64,000 bases of DNA from Macrostomum lignano (lineage: Eukaryota): positions 186,001 to 250,000 of the forward strand of contig NIVC01000393.1 in assembly GCA_002269645.1 (NCBI GenBank), read 5' to 3'. Below, one piece after another: positions 31,538-64,000 of this stretch (position 1 is its first letter; each line of letters starts with the position of its first letter). The position numbers and the translations under genes were made by a program. A model generated the notes under the pieces. The model was not told where the DNA came from and did not search any database. It was given only the letters and a program-made list of their open reading frames with translations.

Positions 31538-32205
31538 GATCTGCTTCCAATGCAGCTGTTGTTGATCTGCTTCCAATGCAGCTGTTGTTGATCTGCTTCC
31601 AATGCAGCTGTTGATGATCTGCTTCCAATGTAGCTGTTGATGATCTGCTTCCAATGCAGCTGTTGATGATCTGCTTCCAATGCAGCTGTTGATGATCTGC
31701 TTCCAATGCAGCTGATGATCTGCTTCCAATGTAGCTGTTGTTGATCTGCTTCCAATGCAGCTGTTGATGATCTGCTTCCAATGCAGCTGTTGATGATCTG
31801 CTTCCAATGCAGCTGTTGATGATCTGCTTCCAATGCAGCTGTTGATGATCTGCTTCCAATGCAGCTGTTGATGATCTGCTTCCAATGCAGCTGTTGATGA
31901 TCTGCTTCCAATACAGCTGTTGATGATCTGCTTCCAATGCAGCTGTTGATGATCTGCTTCCAATGCAGCTGTTGATGATCTGCTTCCAATGCAGCTGTTG
32001 ATGATCTGCTTCCAATGCAGCTGTTGTTGATCTGCTTCCAATGCAGCTGTTGATGATCTGCTTCCAATGCAGCTGTTGATGATCTGCTTCCAATGCAGCT
32101 GTTGTTGATCTGCTTCCAATGCAGCTGTTGTTGATCTGCTTCCAATGCAGCTGTTGTTGATCTGCTTCCAATGCAGCTGTTGATGATCTGCTTCCAATGC
32201 AGCTG
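31538..32205. repeat. 26-bp minisatellite (CTGCTTCCAATGCAGCTGTTGATGAT)
   Basis: About 25 units. The same repeated peptide appears in all three minus frames. Confidence 0.95.
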
Positions 32206-32830
32206 TCCTGTCATCAATAAATTCATTTATTCAAAATTCCTACTAGGCAAGCCAGTTAACAGCTCAACTGTACCAAGTTCAGTTTGTAGTTTTTTGTTGC
32301 AAAGATCCATCTTGTTACAGAACCTCTTTCAAATTGACTATTGCTCTTTAAAATTTTACAACTCTTTAAAAATGCCGGTGTTGTAAAAGCCTTCGCTGAT
32401 GCGTCCGTCAGACAAAAACGGCAGAAAATTTTTTTAATATGCACGCGCAGTCTTGCATTCTGTCCAGATTCTGGGGCTAGATCGGCTGCTGCGATGCCTA
32501 GCGTGAGAAATTGCCGAAATTTACACCCGCTTGCCTCTGAAAGCAGAAATTGCTGTGAAAAAGAAAGACGCAGTCAACTCCTAACCCTACTAAAGACCTT
32601 ATGCAAGCAAGTTTACAAGCTCAGCTGCAGATATTATTTCAGTCTCAAGGTCTCTGTTTGGTATTTTTTTTAGAAAAGGAAACTTCCATTCAAAACCGGC
32701 CTTCGATAGAAGCTGCAAACTGCATTCATCCCTCCCAGATCCCCAGAGAATCCACAAACTCAACTCGAACACCTGCTGTAACCTGGCTGGAGCTTCGAGT
32801 GACGTGGGCAGCTGGAAGCAGCACAGAGGC

Positions 32831-46053
<13,223 letters not shown>

Positions 46054-46859
46054 CCGATTACCATTGTGCTGATGTAACTCGTGCCTGTCTCTCATTTCTT
46101 ATTTCTCATTCATCAGTTATGGTGTGCAAATTACTCACGCATGCACTGCAGTAGTTATTGCTCCAAGCATGAGCCTCGCGAGTGACTCTTGTTTATACAA
46201 AATAGCAAAGTTTGTTGTGCAAATTGCATTCAACGTAGAAAAGAGTTCGATTTCAGCTAGTGAAGCCTTTAAAAGCAGTACAAAATAAACCAGAAATATG
46301 AAACCACACCAGGGTTTGAATCTTCCGATTGCGTTAAATCTCGCGCTATCGCCTAGCTAGCTATTCCACTAGGCGATAGCGATAAAAGTCTATTCCACTT
46401 TTCAAGGTCAAATTTGACCCGTCAGCCAATGAGAATTGACCAGACGGGGGAATCCCAAACTAGAGCTGGGGTCTTGGGGTTGGTGGGGGTTTCCCTCTAT
46501 TTAAGAATGATCAATTCGTTTTGTACGCGATGTATCTGATAGTCCTGCTTCGATTCCTGGTTAAGTTGGTTGCGGCCATAGACTAAAGACAGTCGCTAAG
46601 TCGGTATGAAGTTCGCTTATCGCGCGGCCTTCTGTTGTTTACAACCGTCAGTTAAACCTTGAACAATACAAGACAAAAATAATGTAAGTTTACATTCTTG
46701 TAAAATATTGCTCTATATAGATTTATTTTTGTCCTGAGCTAAGATTAGTGCGATAAACCGAGGCTGAAGTGTTGAACTGTAGTTAAAAATGTACCAATTT
46801 GCTTTATTCATCAATTTTGTTGCTCCAAGAGGCGCAGCCCCAGGAGTTTTTGTTGGGAG

Positions 46860-47030
46860 AGGGGCTTTAGCACCAAGGGGCTTTAGCACCAAGGGGCTTT
46901 AGCACCAAGGGGCTTTAGCACCAAGGGGCGCCAGCACCAAGGGGCGCCAGCACCAAGGGGCGCCAGCACCAAGGGGCGCCAGCACCAAGGGGCGCCAGCA
47001 CCAAGGGGCGCAGCACTAAGGGGCGCCAGC
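46860..47030. repeat. 16-bp tandem repeat (AGCACCAAGGGGCTTT / AGCACCAAGGGGCGCC)
   Basis: About 10 units. Confidence 0.9.
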
Positions 47031-47050
47031 CTGTCTGCCTGACTAAGCCC

Positions 47051-47580
47051 CTAATCCGACAGTCGCTTCAAACCACATTTTTTGCTTTCCGATTTTTCTC
47101 CAGCTTCAAAATTACTTAGTGGGCGCGACTTTAATGTTTTGGGCCCCGTAAAGACAGAAGCAGACTTGGAAAAGTCCATTATGTTGGAATCAAATTTTTC
47201 CTCAGAGTCAAGCCACGCCCATTCATGCGATGCAACACCCGAGAAGCCATGATACTCTTCAATAGCAGTCAATGAGCTGAGTAAACGCTCCAGTATTTCG
47301 CGGGTTTACGACTAGCAACCTACAGTGGAGAAGGCGCCACGATCTCCGTTGTAAAACAGAGCTGCAGTGCTCCGCTGCTAGGCTGAATCCAGAAATTACT
47401 GGATTTACCCATTGAAAGGGCCATACCACCAACCCGTGCCTCATGGGAATGCGATTATATAGCTGCCTCTCTCTCCACTCAATGTCCCTCTGCTCAAGCT
47501 GCTCCTGCAGCCTTGCTAAAGCCAAGGAGCTCGCGGTGCGAGAGACTGGAGTTGAAACTCTCTTCCCCAAACCCGACATT
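47051..47580 (-). CDS. Putative last two exons of an unidentified gene (coiled-coil-like), 5' part apparently missing
   Basis: Exons 47580-47434 and 47276-47051 join in phase 2 across a 157-bp GT..TTTACTCAG intron, giving ...LARLQEQLEQRDIEWRERQLYNRIPMRHG-SLTAIEEYHGFSG...KRLSD*. There is an upstream AATGCAG acceptor. No family was recognised. Confidence 0.35.
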
Positions 47581-47769
47581 CTGCATTATCTGTTAAGAAT
47601 TGGTTGAACCAATCTTTGAAAACCACTGTCTTATTTTCAATCCGAATGATTCCATATCGTTTATTTGCGTTTTAACAAAATTTTGCGTTCTGAAAATAAG
47701 TAACATAAGCAACCCTAAGGGGCACCAATAGTGTCTGGGTGGGCGCCCCTTGTCTATTGATTAGCGCCT

Positions 47770-48550
47770 CTATATCTTAGTCGGCGCCCCTGTCTCTGAG
47801 TCGGCGCCCCTATCTCTGAGTCGGCGCCCCTATCTCTTAGTCGGCGCCCCTATCTCTTAGTCGGCGCCCCTGTCTCTGAGTCGGCGCCCCTGTCTCTTAG
47901 TCGGCGCCCCTGTCTCTTGGTGGGCGCCCCTGTCTCTTAGTGGGCGCCCCAGTCTCTTAGTGGGCTCCCCTGTCTCTGAGTCGGCGCCCCTGTCTCTTGG
48001 TGGGCACCCCTGTCTCTGAGTCGGCGCCCCTGTCTCTTGGTGGGCGCCTCTGTCTCTGAGTCGGCGCCCCTGTCTCTGAGTCGGCGCCCATGTCTCTGAC
48101 GGCGCCCCTGTCTCTGAGTCGGCGCCCCTGTCTCTTGGTGGGCACCTCTGTCTCTTGGTGGGCGCCTCTGTCTCTGAGTCGGCGCCCCTGTCTCTTGATG
48201 GGCGCCTCTGTCTCTTAGTCGGCGCCCCTGTCTCTTGGTGGGCGCCCCTGTCTCTTGGTGGGCGCCTCTGTCTCTGAGTCGGCGCCCCTGTCTCTGAGTC
48301 GGCGCCCATGTCTCTGACGGCGCCCCTGTCTCTGAGTCGGCGCCCCTGTCTCTTGGTGGGCGCCTCTGTCTCTTGGTGGGCGCCTCTGTCTCTGAGTCGG
48401 CGCCCCTGTCTCTTGATGGGCGCCTCTGTCTCTGAGTCGGCGCCCCTGTCTCTTGGTGGGCGCCCCTGTCTCTTGGTGGGCGCCTCTGTCTCTGAGTCGG
48501 CGCCCCTGTCTCTTGGTGGGCGCCTCTGTCTCTGAGTCGGCGCCCCTGTC
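47770..48550. repeat. 20-bp minisatellite (GCGCCCCTGTCTCTGAGTCG / GCGCCCCTGTCTCTTGGTGG)
   Basis: About 38 units, ending exactly at the duplication junction. Confidence 0.95.
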
Positions 48551-49147
48551 CCTTCAGTGACTCATCTTATCATTAGCATCTTTCGGTGACTTCACCTGGC
48601 TCTGTGACATTTTCACCAGTTTTTTTTACAATTAGACCACATGCCACTGTTTCTTTGACTCTGCTGTGCTGCCCGTACTGATTGCTGTTGTCTTTACTGT
48701 AAAAACATCCACTTCTGCGCATTGTATCAGTTGTTGCTAAGCTTCTAGATATTCAAGCGTCTATGATTATCAGATAATTTGTGCTTTTGTGCCTTTTAAA
48801 AAGTTTATTGTGTCATTGTATCAGTTGTGTACTATTATTATATAAATTGAAAAGTACAATATATTTTCTAAGAATCAATTACTGGTTTTCAACTACGAGT
48901 ATATTTGTCTTCTTTTTGCAATTGTTTTAGTTAAGGCTAGTTTATTTTATATAATAGATTCTAGGAATTGTTTTCTAAAAGTTTTAATGCTCAATTTTGC
49001 CTACTCACCGCAGTAGTATTCATCAGTACAAATTGTAACTTTTTTAACGGATTCAAAAATGTTTTGATTTAAATTGATGATTTGCTAAGTGCAAAGCCCT
49101 ATTGAAGATTGGTAATATTTTTAATACTCGATATAAAAGCGGTAGTT

Positions 49148-55320
<6,173 letters not shown>

Positions 55321-56438
55321 TGGAGGAGATGCGGTTAATTACAATTAGTAACCTGTTACGCTTGTCTATGCCGTTAATAAATTAAGCTTTCTACTGCCTG
55401 TAATTAACAATACAGTCTGTTCGTGAAGCGTCGGATGTTCGATTTTCTTTGCTAATTTTTCCTAACTTGTGTAATCTGCGCTTATAACTGGTTGATGATA
55501 ATGGGGTAATTGTCTTTGAGTTGTTCCTTTCTGATTTTTAAGAGTATATATTTTTATGCTGACAGACTTACAGTCTCTTAACAAGCACCGACAGTCTCTC
55601 AAAACAGGCACTGACAGTCTCTCAAAACAGGCACTGACAGTCTCTCAAAACAGGCACTGACAGTCTCTCAAAACAGGCACTGACAGTCTTCCAAAGCAGA
55701 CACTGACAGTCTCTCAAAACAGACACTGACAGTCTCTCAAAACAGGCACTGACAGTCTTCCAAAGCAGACACTGACAGTCTCTCAAAACAGACACTGACA
55801 GTCTCTCAAAACAAGCACCGACAGTCTCTCAAAACAGGCACTGACAGTCTCTCAAAACAGGCACTGACAGTCTCTCAAAACAGGCACTGACAGTCTCTCA
55901 AAACAGGCACTGAAAGTCTCTCAAAACAGACACTGACAGTCTCTCAAAACAGGCACTGACAGTCTCTCAAAACAGGCACTGACAGTCTCCTAAAACAGAC
56001 ACTGACAGTCACTCAAAAGGGCACTGACAGTCTCCTAAAACAGGCACTGACAATCTCCCAAAACAGGCACTGACAGTCTCTTAAGACAGGCGCTGACAGT
56101 CTTTTAAAACAGGCACTGACAGTCTCAAAACAGTCACTGACAGTCTCAAAACAGGAACTGACAGTCCATCAAAACAGGAACTGACAGTCCATCAAAACAG
56201 GAACTGACAGTGTCTCAAAACAGGAACTGACAGTCCATCAAAACAGGAACTGACAGTGTCTCAAAACAGGCACTGACAGTCTATCAAAACAGGCACTGAC
56301 AGTCTCCTAAAACACTCGCAATCCCCCCAAAGCGTTAGTCAGTTTTAGATTCAGCAAAAGATTAGCAAATCATGTTACTGAAAGTAGAGCAAATAAAATA
56401 TTAAATTCAACCCATTGCAGCCAACTCTTTCTACTGCC

Positions 56439-58682
56439 ATGCGCCTCCTCGTCCTGTCGCTGTTCTGCCTGTCCCTGGCCGCGCCTCGCTTGGCCCAGCC
56501 GCCGCCGCCGACGGCTCAGTGTGTGGCCGACGCCTACCCGCCCCCGCCGGACACTCTCGTGCCAACCGCTCGCGTCAATCTGGACGAACCGCCGGCCACC
56601 CGATGGCGCCAGGTTGTGGCGCCGCGCGCCGCCGGAATGCGCGCCCTGTTGGGCCAATTCCGGCAGTTCCTGTTCAACCTGACCGGCTCCGACTCGCTCA
56701 TGAACATCGTCGACAAGGAGATGGTGCCGCTGTCCCAGACTCTGCCTGAACCGTTTCGCAGTGAGCTGGCCGGCGTGTCGGCCCTGTCCAACCTCAGCCT
56801 GGGCGAGGTCACCCTGTTCAATGTCTTCTACGAGCTGTTCCCGCTGTGCACCTCCATTCTGGCCGAGGACTCCAGCGGCCGGCTGTTCCACGCCAGGAAC
56901 ATGGACTTCGGGCTGTTTCTGGGCTGGAATGTCACCAACAGCTCTTGGATTATTGCCGATTATTTGAGGCCGCTGCTGATCAATGTGGAGTTCTATAGGG
57001 GTGGCCGACTGGTGAGCATCAGTGTCCTGTGGCGTGTGATTTTGGGTGATTATGTAAACTGCTTCCCAAGTCCTCAGTAGCTGGGCCAGCCTCTCAGATC
57101 CCCAGTTGCTGTGCCAGCCTCCCAGATCCTCAGTTGCTGGGCCAGCCTCCCAGATCCTCAGTAGCTGGGCCAGCCTCCCAGATCCTCAGTAGCTGGGCCA
57201 GCCTCTCAGATCCCCAGTTTGCTGGGCCAGCCTCTCAGATCCCCAGTTTGCTATGCAAGCCTCCCAGATCCTCAGTTGCTGGGCCAGCCTCTCAGATCCC
57301 CAGTTTGCTATGCAAGCCTCCCAGATCCTCAGTTGCTGGGCCAGCCTCCCAGATCCTCAGTTGCTGGGCCAGCCTCCCAGATCCTCAGTTGCTAGGCCAG
57401 CCTCCCAGATCCTCAGTTGCTGGCCCAGCCTCCCAGATCCTCAGTTGCTGGGCCAGCCTCCCAGAGTGTCAGTTGCTGGGCCAGCCTCCCAGATCCTCAG
57501 TTGCTGGGCCACCAGCCTCCCAGATCCTCAGCTGCTGGGCCAGCCTCCCAGATCCTCAGTAGCTGGGCCAGCCTCTCAGATCCCCAGTTTGCTATGCAAG
57601 CCTCCCAGATCCTCAGTTGCTGGGCCAGCCTCCTAGATCCTCAGTTGCTGGGCCAGCCTCCCAGATCCTCAGTTGCTGGGCCAGCCTCCCAGATCCTCAG
57701 TTGCTAGGCCAGCCTCCCAGATCCTCAGTTGCTGGCCCAGCCTCCCAGATCCTCAGTTGCTGGGCCAGCCTCCCAGATCCTCAGTTGCTAGGCCAGCCTC
57801 CCAGATCCTCAGTTGCTGGCCCAGCCTCCCAGATCCTCAGTTGCTGGGCCAGCCTCCCAGAGTGTCAGTTGCTGGGCCAGCCTCCCAGAGTGTCAGTTGC
57901 TGGGCCAGCCTCCCAGATCCTCAGTTGCTGGGCCACCAGCCTCCCAGATCCTCAGTTGCTGGGCCAGCCTCCCAGAGTGTCAGTTGCTGGGCCAGCCTCC
58001 CAGATCCTCAGTTGCTGGGCCAGCCTCCCAGATTAATTATCTTCGCTGTCTATCTCCCCCCCTCACCGAGCAGGTGTTTCTCTCCAGCCACTACGCCGGC
58101 TACATCGGGGTGCTTACCGGGCTCCGGCCGCACCAGTTCAGCCTGTCCGTGAACAGCCGCGTCAGCGCCAAGACCCAGAGCCTGGCCGGAGTTGTTGAGT
58201 GGTTGCTAGGCATCAGGGATCAGTACTGGCTAGGCGTTGCCACTCGAGCTGTGCTAGAGAACGCCACCGACTATGGCCAGGCCAAGCAGCGCCTCGCCAA
58301 CTGGAAGTTGATCGCTCCGGTTTACTTCATCCTTGGCGGCGCCAAACACCTGGAAGGCTGCGTGATCACCCGCGACCGAGCGGCCGGCGCCGCGGACATC
58401 TGGGAGCGGGCCGCGGCTGGCAACCACAGCTGGTACCTGCTGCAGACCAACTATGATCACTGGAAATCTCCCAATCCCATTGACAACAGGCGAGGTCCCG
58501 GCAATGCCTGCATGGCTAAGAAGGGCCAAGATGAAGCTGCCAGCTTCTCGGGTTTGTTCAACGTCCTGAGTTCGATTCCTGTACTGAACAAGCTGACGGT
58601 GTACACGGCGCTGATGCGAGTGGACGATGCCACCCTGGTGGCGTACAGGCGTCAGTGCCCTGACCCCTGCGCACCTTGGTGA
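56439..58682 (+). CDS. ASAH1: Acid ceramidase copy B (about 393 aa, 2 exons), protein identical to copy A in the ORF track
   Basis: Exons 56439-57011 and 58074-58682. Translations are identical to copy A. Confidence 0.93.
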
Positions 58683-59173
58683 CTGACGGACATGACTGTT
58701 TTATGATTTTTGAGTCTTTCTCTAATTGGTTCTGATTCTGCCATAAAATTTATTAGTCAGGTGTTCCTTATGATTTGACTTGTGATTTAAACCTAATTTT
58801 AATTGCTCAAATTTTATATTTTACTATTGCAAGTAAATCAAGTTACAGAAATTTGGTGTTTTTCACATTTAAAATACAAAATCTTTCAAATTTACTTAAT
58901 TTTTTTATTTTTTAACCTGATCTATAATTACTTTGAAAATGGAAACTTATTTTTGTCTTGATTTTCTTTTTAAAGTTACATAGAGATAGATAGACAGATA
59001 GATAGATAGACAGACAGAAAGATAGGTAGATAGATAGATAGATAGATAGATAGGTAGATAGATAGATAGACAGACAGATAGATAGATAGACAGATAGATA
59101 GATAGATAGACAGACAGATAGATGGGTACATAGATAGATAGATAGATAGATATAGATAAATAGATAGACAGAC

Positions 59174-59242
<69 letters not shown>

Positions 59243-59274
59243 CTCGTAGATAGATAGACAGACAGATAGATAGG

Positions 59275-59390
<116 letters not shown>

Positions 59391-59394
59391 TAGA

Positions 59395-59454
<60 letters not shown>

Positions 59455-59514
59455 TAGATAGATAGACAGACAGATAGATAGGTAGATAGACAGATAGATA
59501 GGTAGATAGATAGG

Positions 59515-59556
<42 letters not shown>

Positions 59557-59560
59557 TAGA

Positions 59561-59592
<32 letters not shown>

Positions 59593-59657
59593 TAGATAGA
59601 CAGACAGACAGATAGATAGATAGATAGATAGATAGACAGATAGATAGATAGACAGAC

Positions 59658-59700
<43 letters not shown>

Positions 59701-59705
59701 CAGAC

Positions 59706-59754
<49 letters not shown>

Positions 59755-62700
59755 AATAGATAGGTAGATAGATATGGTGTATATTGTATTGTAGATAGAT
59801 GAGTCATATGGTCACCAGATCATTCAGACCTATTTGTAAATTATAGATAAACGAGTATTTAAGCTACCGTTTAGCTTACGGTAGTTAAGCAGATGTCAAT
59901 TCAAGAATCCAGTGCGTGCAATAAAGTACATTTGAACTCTAGCAATCTGGCATGCAGATCGCATCACATTCGATTGTTCAGTTGATTGCGAGCGGCATCC
60001 TCTGATCCGAGAGGGTTCCAATGTCGCGCACCACCCCAACTTGACGGAGGCAAGTTGAGAAAGCCGAAAAATCCAAAATGTCACCGCATTTATTGCCCCA
60101 ATCGGTTGGGCGCTTCCTATCGCGCAGCGAGACAGTTGGGGGCTCGTAACTGATTCATAAAATATATACAATGTAGGTTACCATAACATCCCATGTATGA
60201 TTGGGTAGACTGGATAGATTAGATAGACTGCTTAGACCGGATAAACTGTAGTTGGGTAGACCATTGGTAGATTGGGTAGACTGGGTTGATTGGGTAAACT
60301 GGGTAGATTGGGTAGACTGGGTAGACGGGATAGATTTGGTAGATTGGGTAGACTGGGTAGACTGGGTTGACTGGGTAGACTGTGTAGTTGGTTATAGACT
60401 GGGTAGATTGGGTAGACTGGGTAGATTGGGTAGACTGGGTAGATTGGGTAAACTGGGTAGATTGGGTAGACTGGGTAGACGGGATAGATTTGGTAGAATG
60501 GGTAAACTGGGTAGATTGGGTAGACTGGGTAGACGGGATAGATTTGGTAGAATGGGTAGATTTGGTAGACTGGGTAGACTGGGTTGGCTGGGTAGACTGT
60601 GTAGTTGGTTATAGACTGGGTAGACTGGGTAGATTGGGTAGAATGTGTAGATTGGGTAGATTGGGTAGACTGGGTAGACTGGGTAGATTTGGTAGAATGG
60701 GTAGATTGGGTAGATTGGGTAGACTGGGTAGACTGGATAGACTTGGGTAGACTGGGTTGGCTGGGTAGACTGGGTAGATTGGTTAGACTATCTAGAAAAG
60801 TTCGAACATGTCAACCCTATATTTATTATTATGTTGACTGTCTTCGACGATGTGAAAATTCTTTGAATTACAGCAGTAAGCGCGGATTGAACATGTAACA
60901 GCATCTAACAATCTAATTGTAGTAGATTGTGTAGACAGTCAGCCAGTCAGTCAGATTAAAGGTCAAATGCGATTCATGTATAGAGTCAGTCTGTCTTGTA
61001 GTTTTTCTAATATGAACAAACAAAGCATCTTGAGGTACTTTGTATCACTACATGTAGTTGATAAATCGGCATATAGTCTGCCATTTGCAATGTGCACTGG
61101 CCCAGCTTCACTTCCTAATTCTTCGTGGAGATGAAGCTCTGAGGCTATCAGCTGCAGAAATCTTACCTGCACTTAATTGCTGCGTCAAAAAAGTATTCGA
61201 AGTGGAAACGAATACGATTCATCTGGGGTCTCCGGCAGGATTACCCGTTCTGTCAAGGACAACTACCAATTCTGGAATTCGGATTGGAAGCACTTCAAAT
61301 TAGGAGCGACCCGGGTGCTTGTGCCCCCTCCAATGAAAGTGCATGGCGCCCCTCAGATGAAGTGGCGCCCTCTCAGATAAAGTGGCGCTCTATTCAAAGG
61401 AAGTGGCGTCCCCTTAGATGATAAAAATGGCGCCGCCACAAATGAAAATGGCGCCGTCTCAGATACAAATGGCGCCGTCTCAGATGAAAATGGCGCCGTC
61501 TCAGATAAAAATGGCGCCGCCTCAGATGAAAATAGCGCCGCCTCAGATGATGTTGCGCCGTCTGAGATAAAAATGGCGCCGTCTCAGATAAAAATGGCGC
61601 CGTCTCAGATAAAAATGGCTCCGTCTCAGATAAAAATGGCGCCGTCTCAGATAAAAATGGCGCCGTCTCAGATAAAAATGGCGCCGTCTCAGATGAAAAT
61701 GGCGCCGTCTCAGATAAAAATGGCGCCGTCTCAGATAAAAATGGCGCCGTCTCAGATGAAAATGGCGCCGCCTCAGATGAAAATAGCGCCGCCTCAGATG
61801 ATGTTGCGCCGTCTCAGATAAAAATGGCGCCGTCTCAGATGAAAATGGCGCCGTCTCAGATAAAAATGGCGCCGTCTCAAATAAAAATGGCGCCGTCTCA
61901 GATGAAAATGGCGCCGCCTCAGATGATGTTGCGCCGTCTCAAATAAAAATGGCGCCGTCTCAGATGAAAATGGCGCCGTCTCAGATAAAAATGGCGCCGT
62001 CTCAAATAAAAATGGCGCCGTCTCAGATGAAAATGGCGCCGCCTCAGATGATGTTGCGCCGTCTCAAATAAAAATGGCGCCGTCTCAGATGAAAATGGCG
62101 CCGTCTCAGATAAAAATGGCGCCGTCTCAGATGAAAATGGCGCCGCCTCAGATGAATCCTTCAAATGAAGACCCCTGGCTATACTCGTATTAACACCTGC
62201 TGTTTTAAGTTACCATTATTTAAGCATAAGTTAGTTAGATAATTTAAATAACTTTTTTCGGATTTTTATTTAAATCTCCTCTCAAGTTGGCCAACAAGAG
62301 CTCGTTGAGTTGACTGTTTAACTGTTTTTTTCAACCAGTTTCCAAATCCAGGCTCCTGCAGGATGCTGCTATGCGTCAGACATTCGGGGACGCTGCGACC
62401 GCATGCAGCTGGTATCGTTATTTTTTCCCAACCCTGCCGTCCTCCACCACTTTTTCCTCTCCCCAGCCTCCACTCTCTCTCAGCTGCCCCACTTCCCGAA
62501 GTTCTCTACTGACCTCTCGACTGCGGCGTCAGCCTTACCGTCCCTCTCTCTGTCTGTCTTCATCCTTCCGATTCTGCAGCGCAAGCAATCGAAAGCAGCC
62601 GCGTTGCCTTTTGTATATTTGCACCTTGATTGGTTGGCCCCTCCATCTTGTGTCAGCCCTACCAGCAGGCTGTATGCAACAAGTAATCTTCTTCTAAGAG

Positions 62701-64000
62701 GACTGTCCAGCAGGCTTATCCCCCCTCCCCCCGGGGAAAGGCTGTCTCCGCCGGTTTCGGGGTAGCCAAAAATGGAACCTGCGGAGCGCCACCGCATTCT
62801 GTCGCGAAGCCAAAAACTTTCTCTGATTCGTCACCGCCGCTTTTCTGCTTCTAGTAGCAGAAACTTCTGTACCGATTGCTTGCGCCCTCTCAGATCTGTA
62901 TCATATCTGAAATCCAAAGACTGCAGTACTTGAGTCTGCCGACCGCTTGGAGACAGAGAAGCCACCCTGAGCTGGTCTTGGTGGGTATCCGTGAGTGAAA
63001 TTCTATGCAACATTGGCAAAATTATTGAACAAAAGTTTTCTTTGTACTGATCTGCTTCCAATGCAGCTGTTGTTGATCTGCTTCCAATGCAGTTGTTGAT
63101 CTGCTTCCAATGCAGCTGTTGATGATCTGCTTCCAATGCAGCTGTTGATGATCTGCTTCCAATGCAGCTGTTGATGATCTGCTTCCAATGCAGCTGTTGT
63201 TGATCTGCTCCCAATGCAGCTGTTGTTGATCTGCTTCCAATGCAGCTGTTGTTGATCTGCTTCCAATGCAGCTGTTGTTGATCTGCTTCCAATGCAGCTG
63301 TTGTTGATCTGCTTCCAATGCAGCTGTTGTTGATCTGCTTCCAATGCAGCTGTTGATGATCTGCTTCCAATGCAGCTGTTGATGATCTGCTTCCAATGCA
63401 GCTGTTGATGATCTGCTTCCAATGCAGCTGTCCTGTCATCAATAAATTCATTTATTCAAAATTCCTACTAGGCAAGCCAGTTAACAGCTCAACTGTACCA
63501 AGTTCAGTCTGTATTTTTTTGTTGCAAAAATCCATCTTGTTACAGAACCTCTTTCAAAATTGACTATTGCTCTTCAAAATTTTACAACTCTTTAAAAATG
63601 CCGGTGCTGTAAAAGCCTTCGCTGATGCGTCCGTCAGACAAAAACGGCAGAAATTTTTTTTAATATGCACGCGCAGTCTTGCATTCTGTCCAGATTCTGG
63701 GGCTAGATCGGCTGCTGCGATGCCTAGCGTGAGAAATTGCCGAAATTTACACCCGCTCGCCTCTGAAAGCAGAAATTGCTGTGAAAAAGAAAGACGCAGT
63801 CAACTCTTAATCCTACTAAAGACCTTATGCAAGCAAGTTTACAAGCTCAGCTGCAGAAATTATTTCAGTCTAAAGGTCTCTGTATGGTATTTTTTTTAGA
63901 AAAGGAAACTTCCATTCAAAACCGGCCTTCGATAGAAGCTGCAAACTGCATTCATCTCTCCCAGATCCCCAGAGAATCCACAAACCCAACTCGAACACCT

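Noticed and set aside
46826-47053. Possible small hAT-type MITE with CAGGGGCG-like ends around the 16-bp repeat
   Set aside because: The putative termini match at only about 8 of 13 positions and no TSD was seen.

Overview
Eukaryotic (metazoan) genomic DNA with GC-rich coding exons separated by introns that are mostly tandem repeat. The style suggests a free-living flatworm such as Macrostomum lignano, but this is an inference and was not checked. Exons were spliced by hand using GT-AG sites and reading-frame phase. The window contains: (1) a minus-strand secreted protein made of a signal peptide, a Cys-rich PAN/apple-like module, a Thr-rich mucin stalk and an ALK/LTK-type glycine-rich domain (798-2773); (2) RNF170 (9372-14228); (3) U2SURP/SR140 (16199-23794); (4) acid ceramidase ASAH1 (24998-27240); (5) a multiplexin (collagen XV/XVIII) with a mucin segment and only about 26 Gly-X-Y triplets (32831-46053); (6) a probable two-exon minus-strand gene fragment (47051-47580). 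From about 48550 to the window end the sequence is a second, tandem copy of about 15708-32770. In that copy U2SURP has a 1-bp frameshift in its last exon, while ASAH1 and its intronic satellite are essentially identical to the first copy. Most ORFs in the supplied track are artefacts of micro- and minisatellites. No CRISPR array, rRNA, intact tRNA or autonomous transposon ORF was recognised. The most interesting candidates are the PAN-mucin-polyglycine secreted protein, the minimal mucin-collagen, a possible trans-spliced RNF170-U2SURP-ASAH1 operon, and the duplication itself as a natural experiment in satellite turnover and pseudogenisation.
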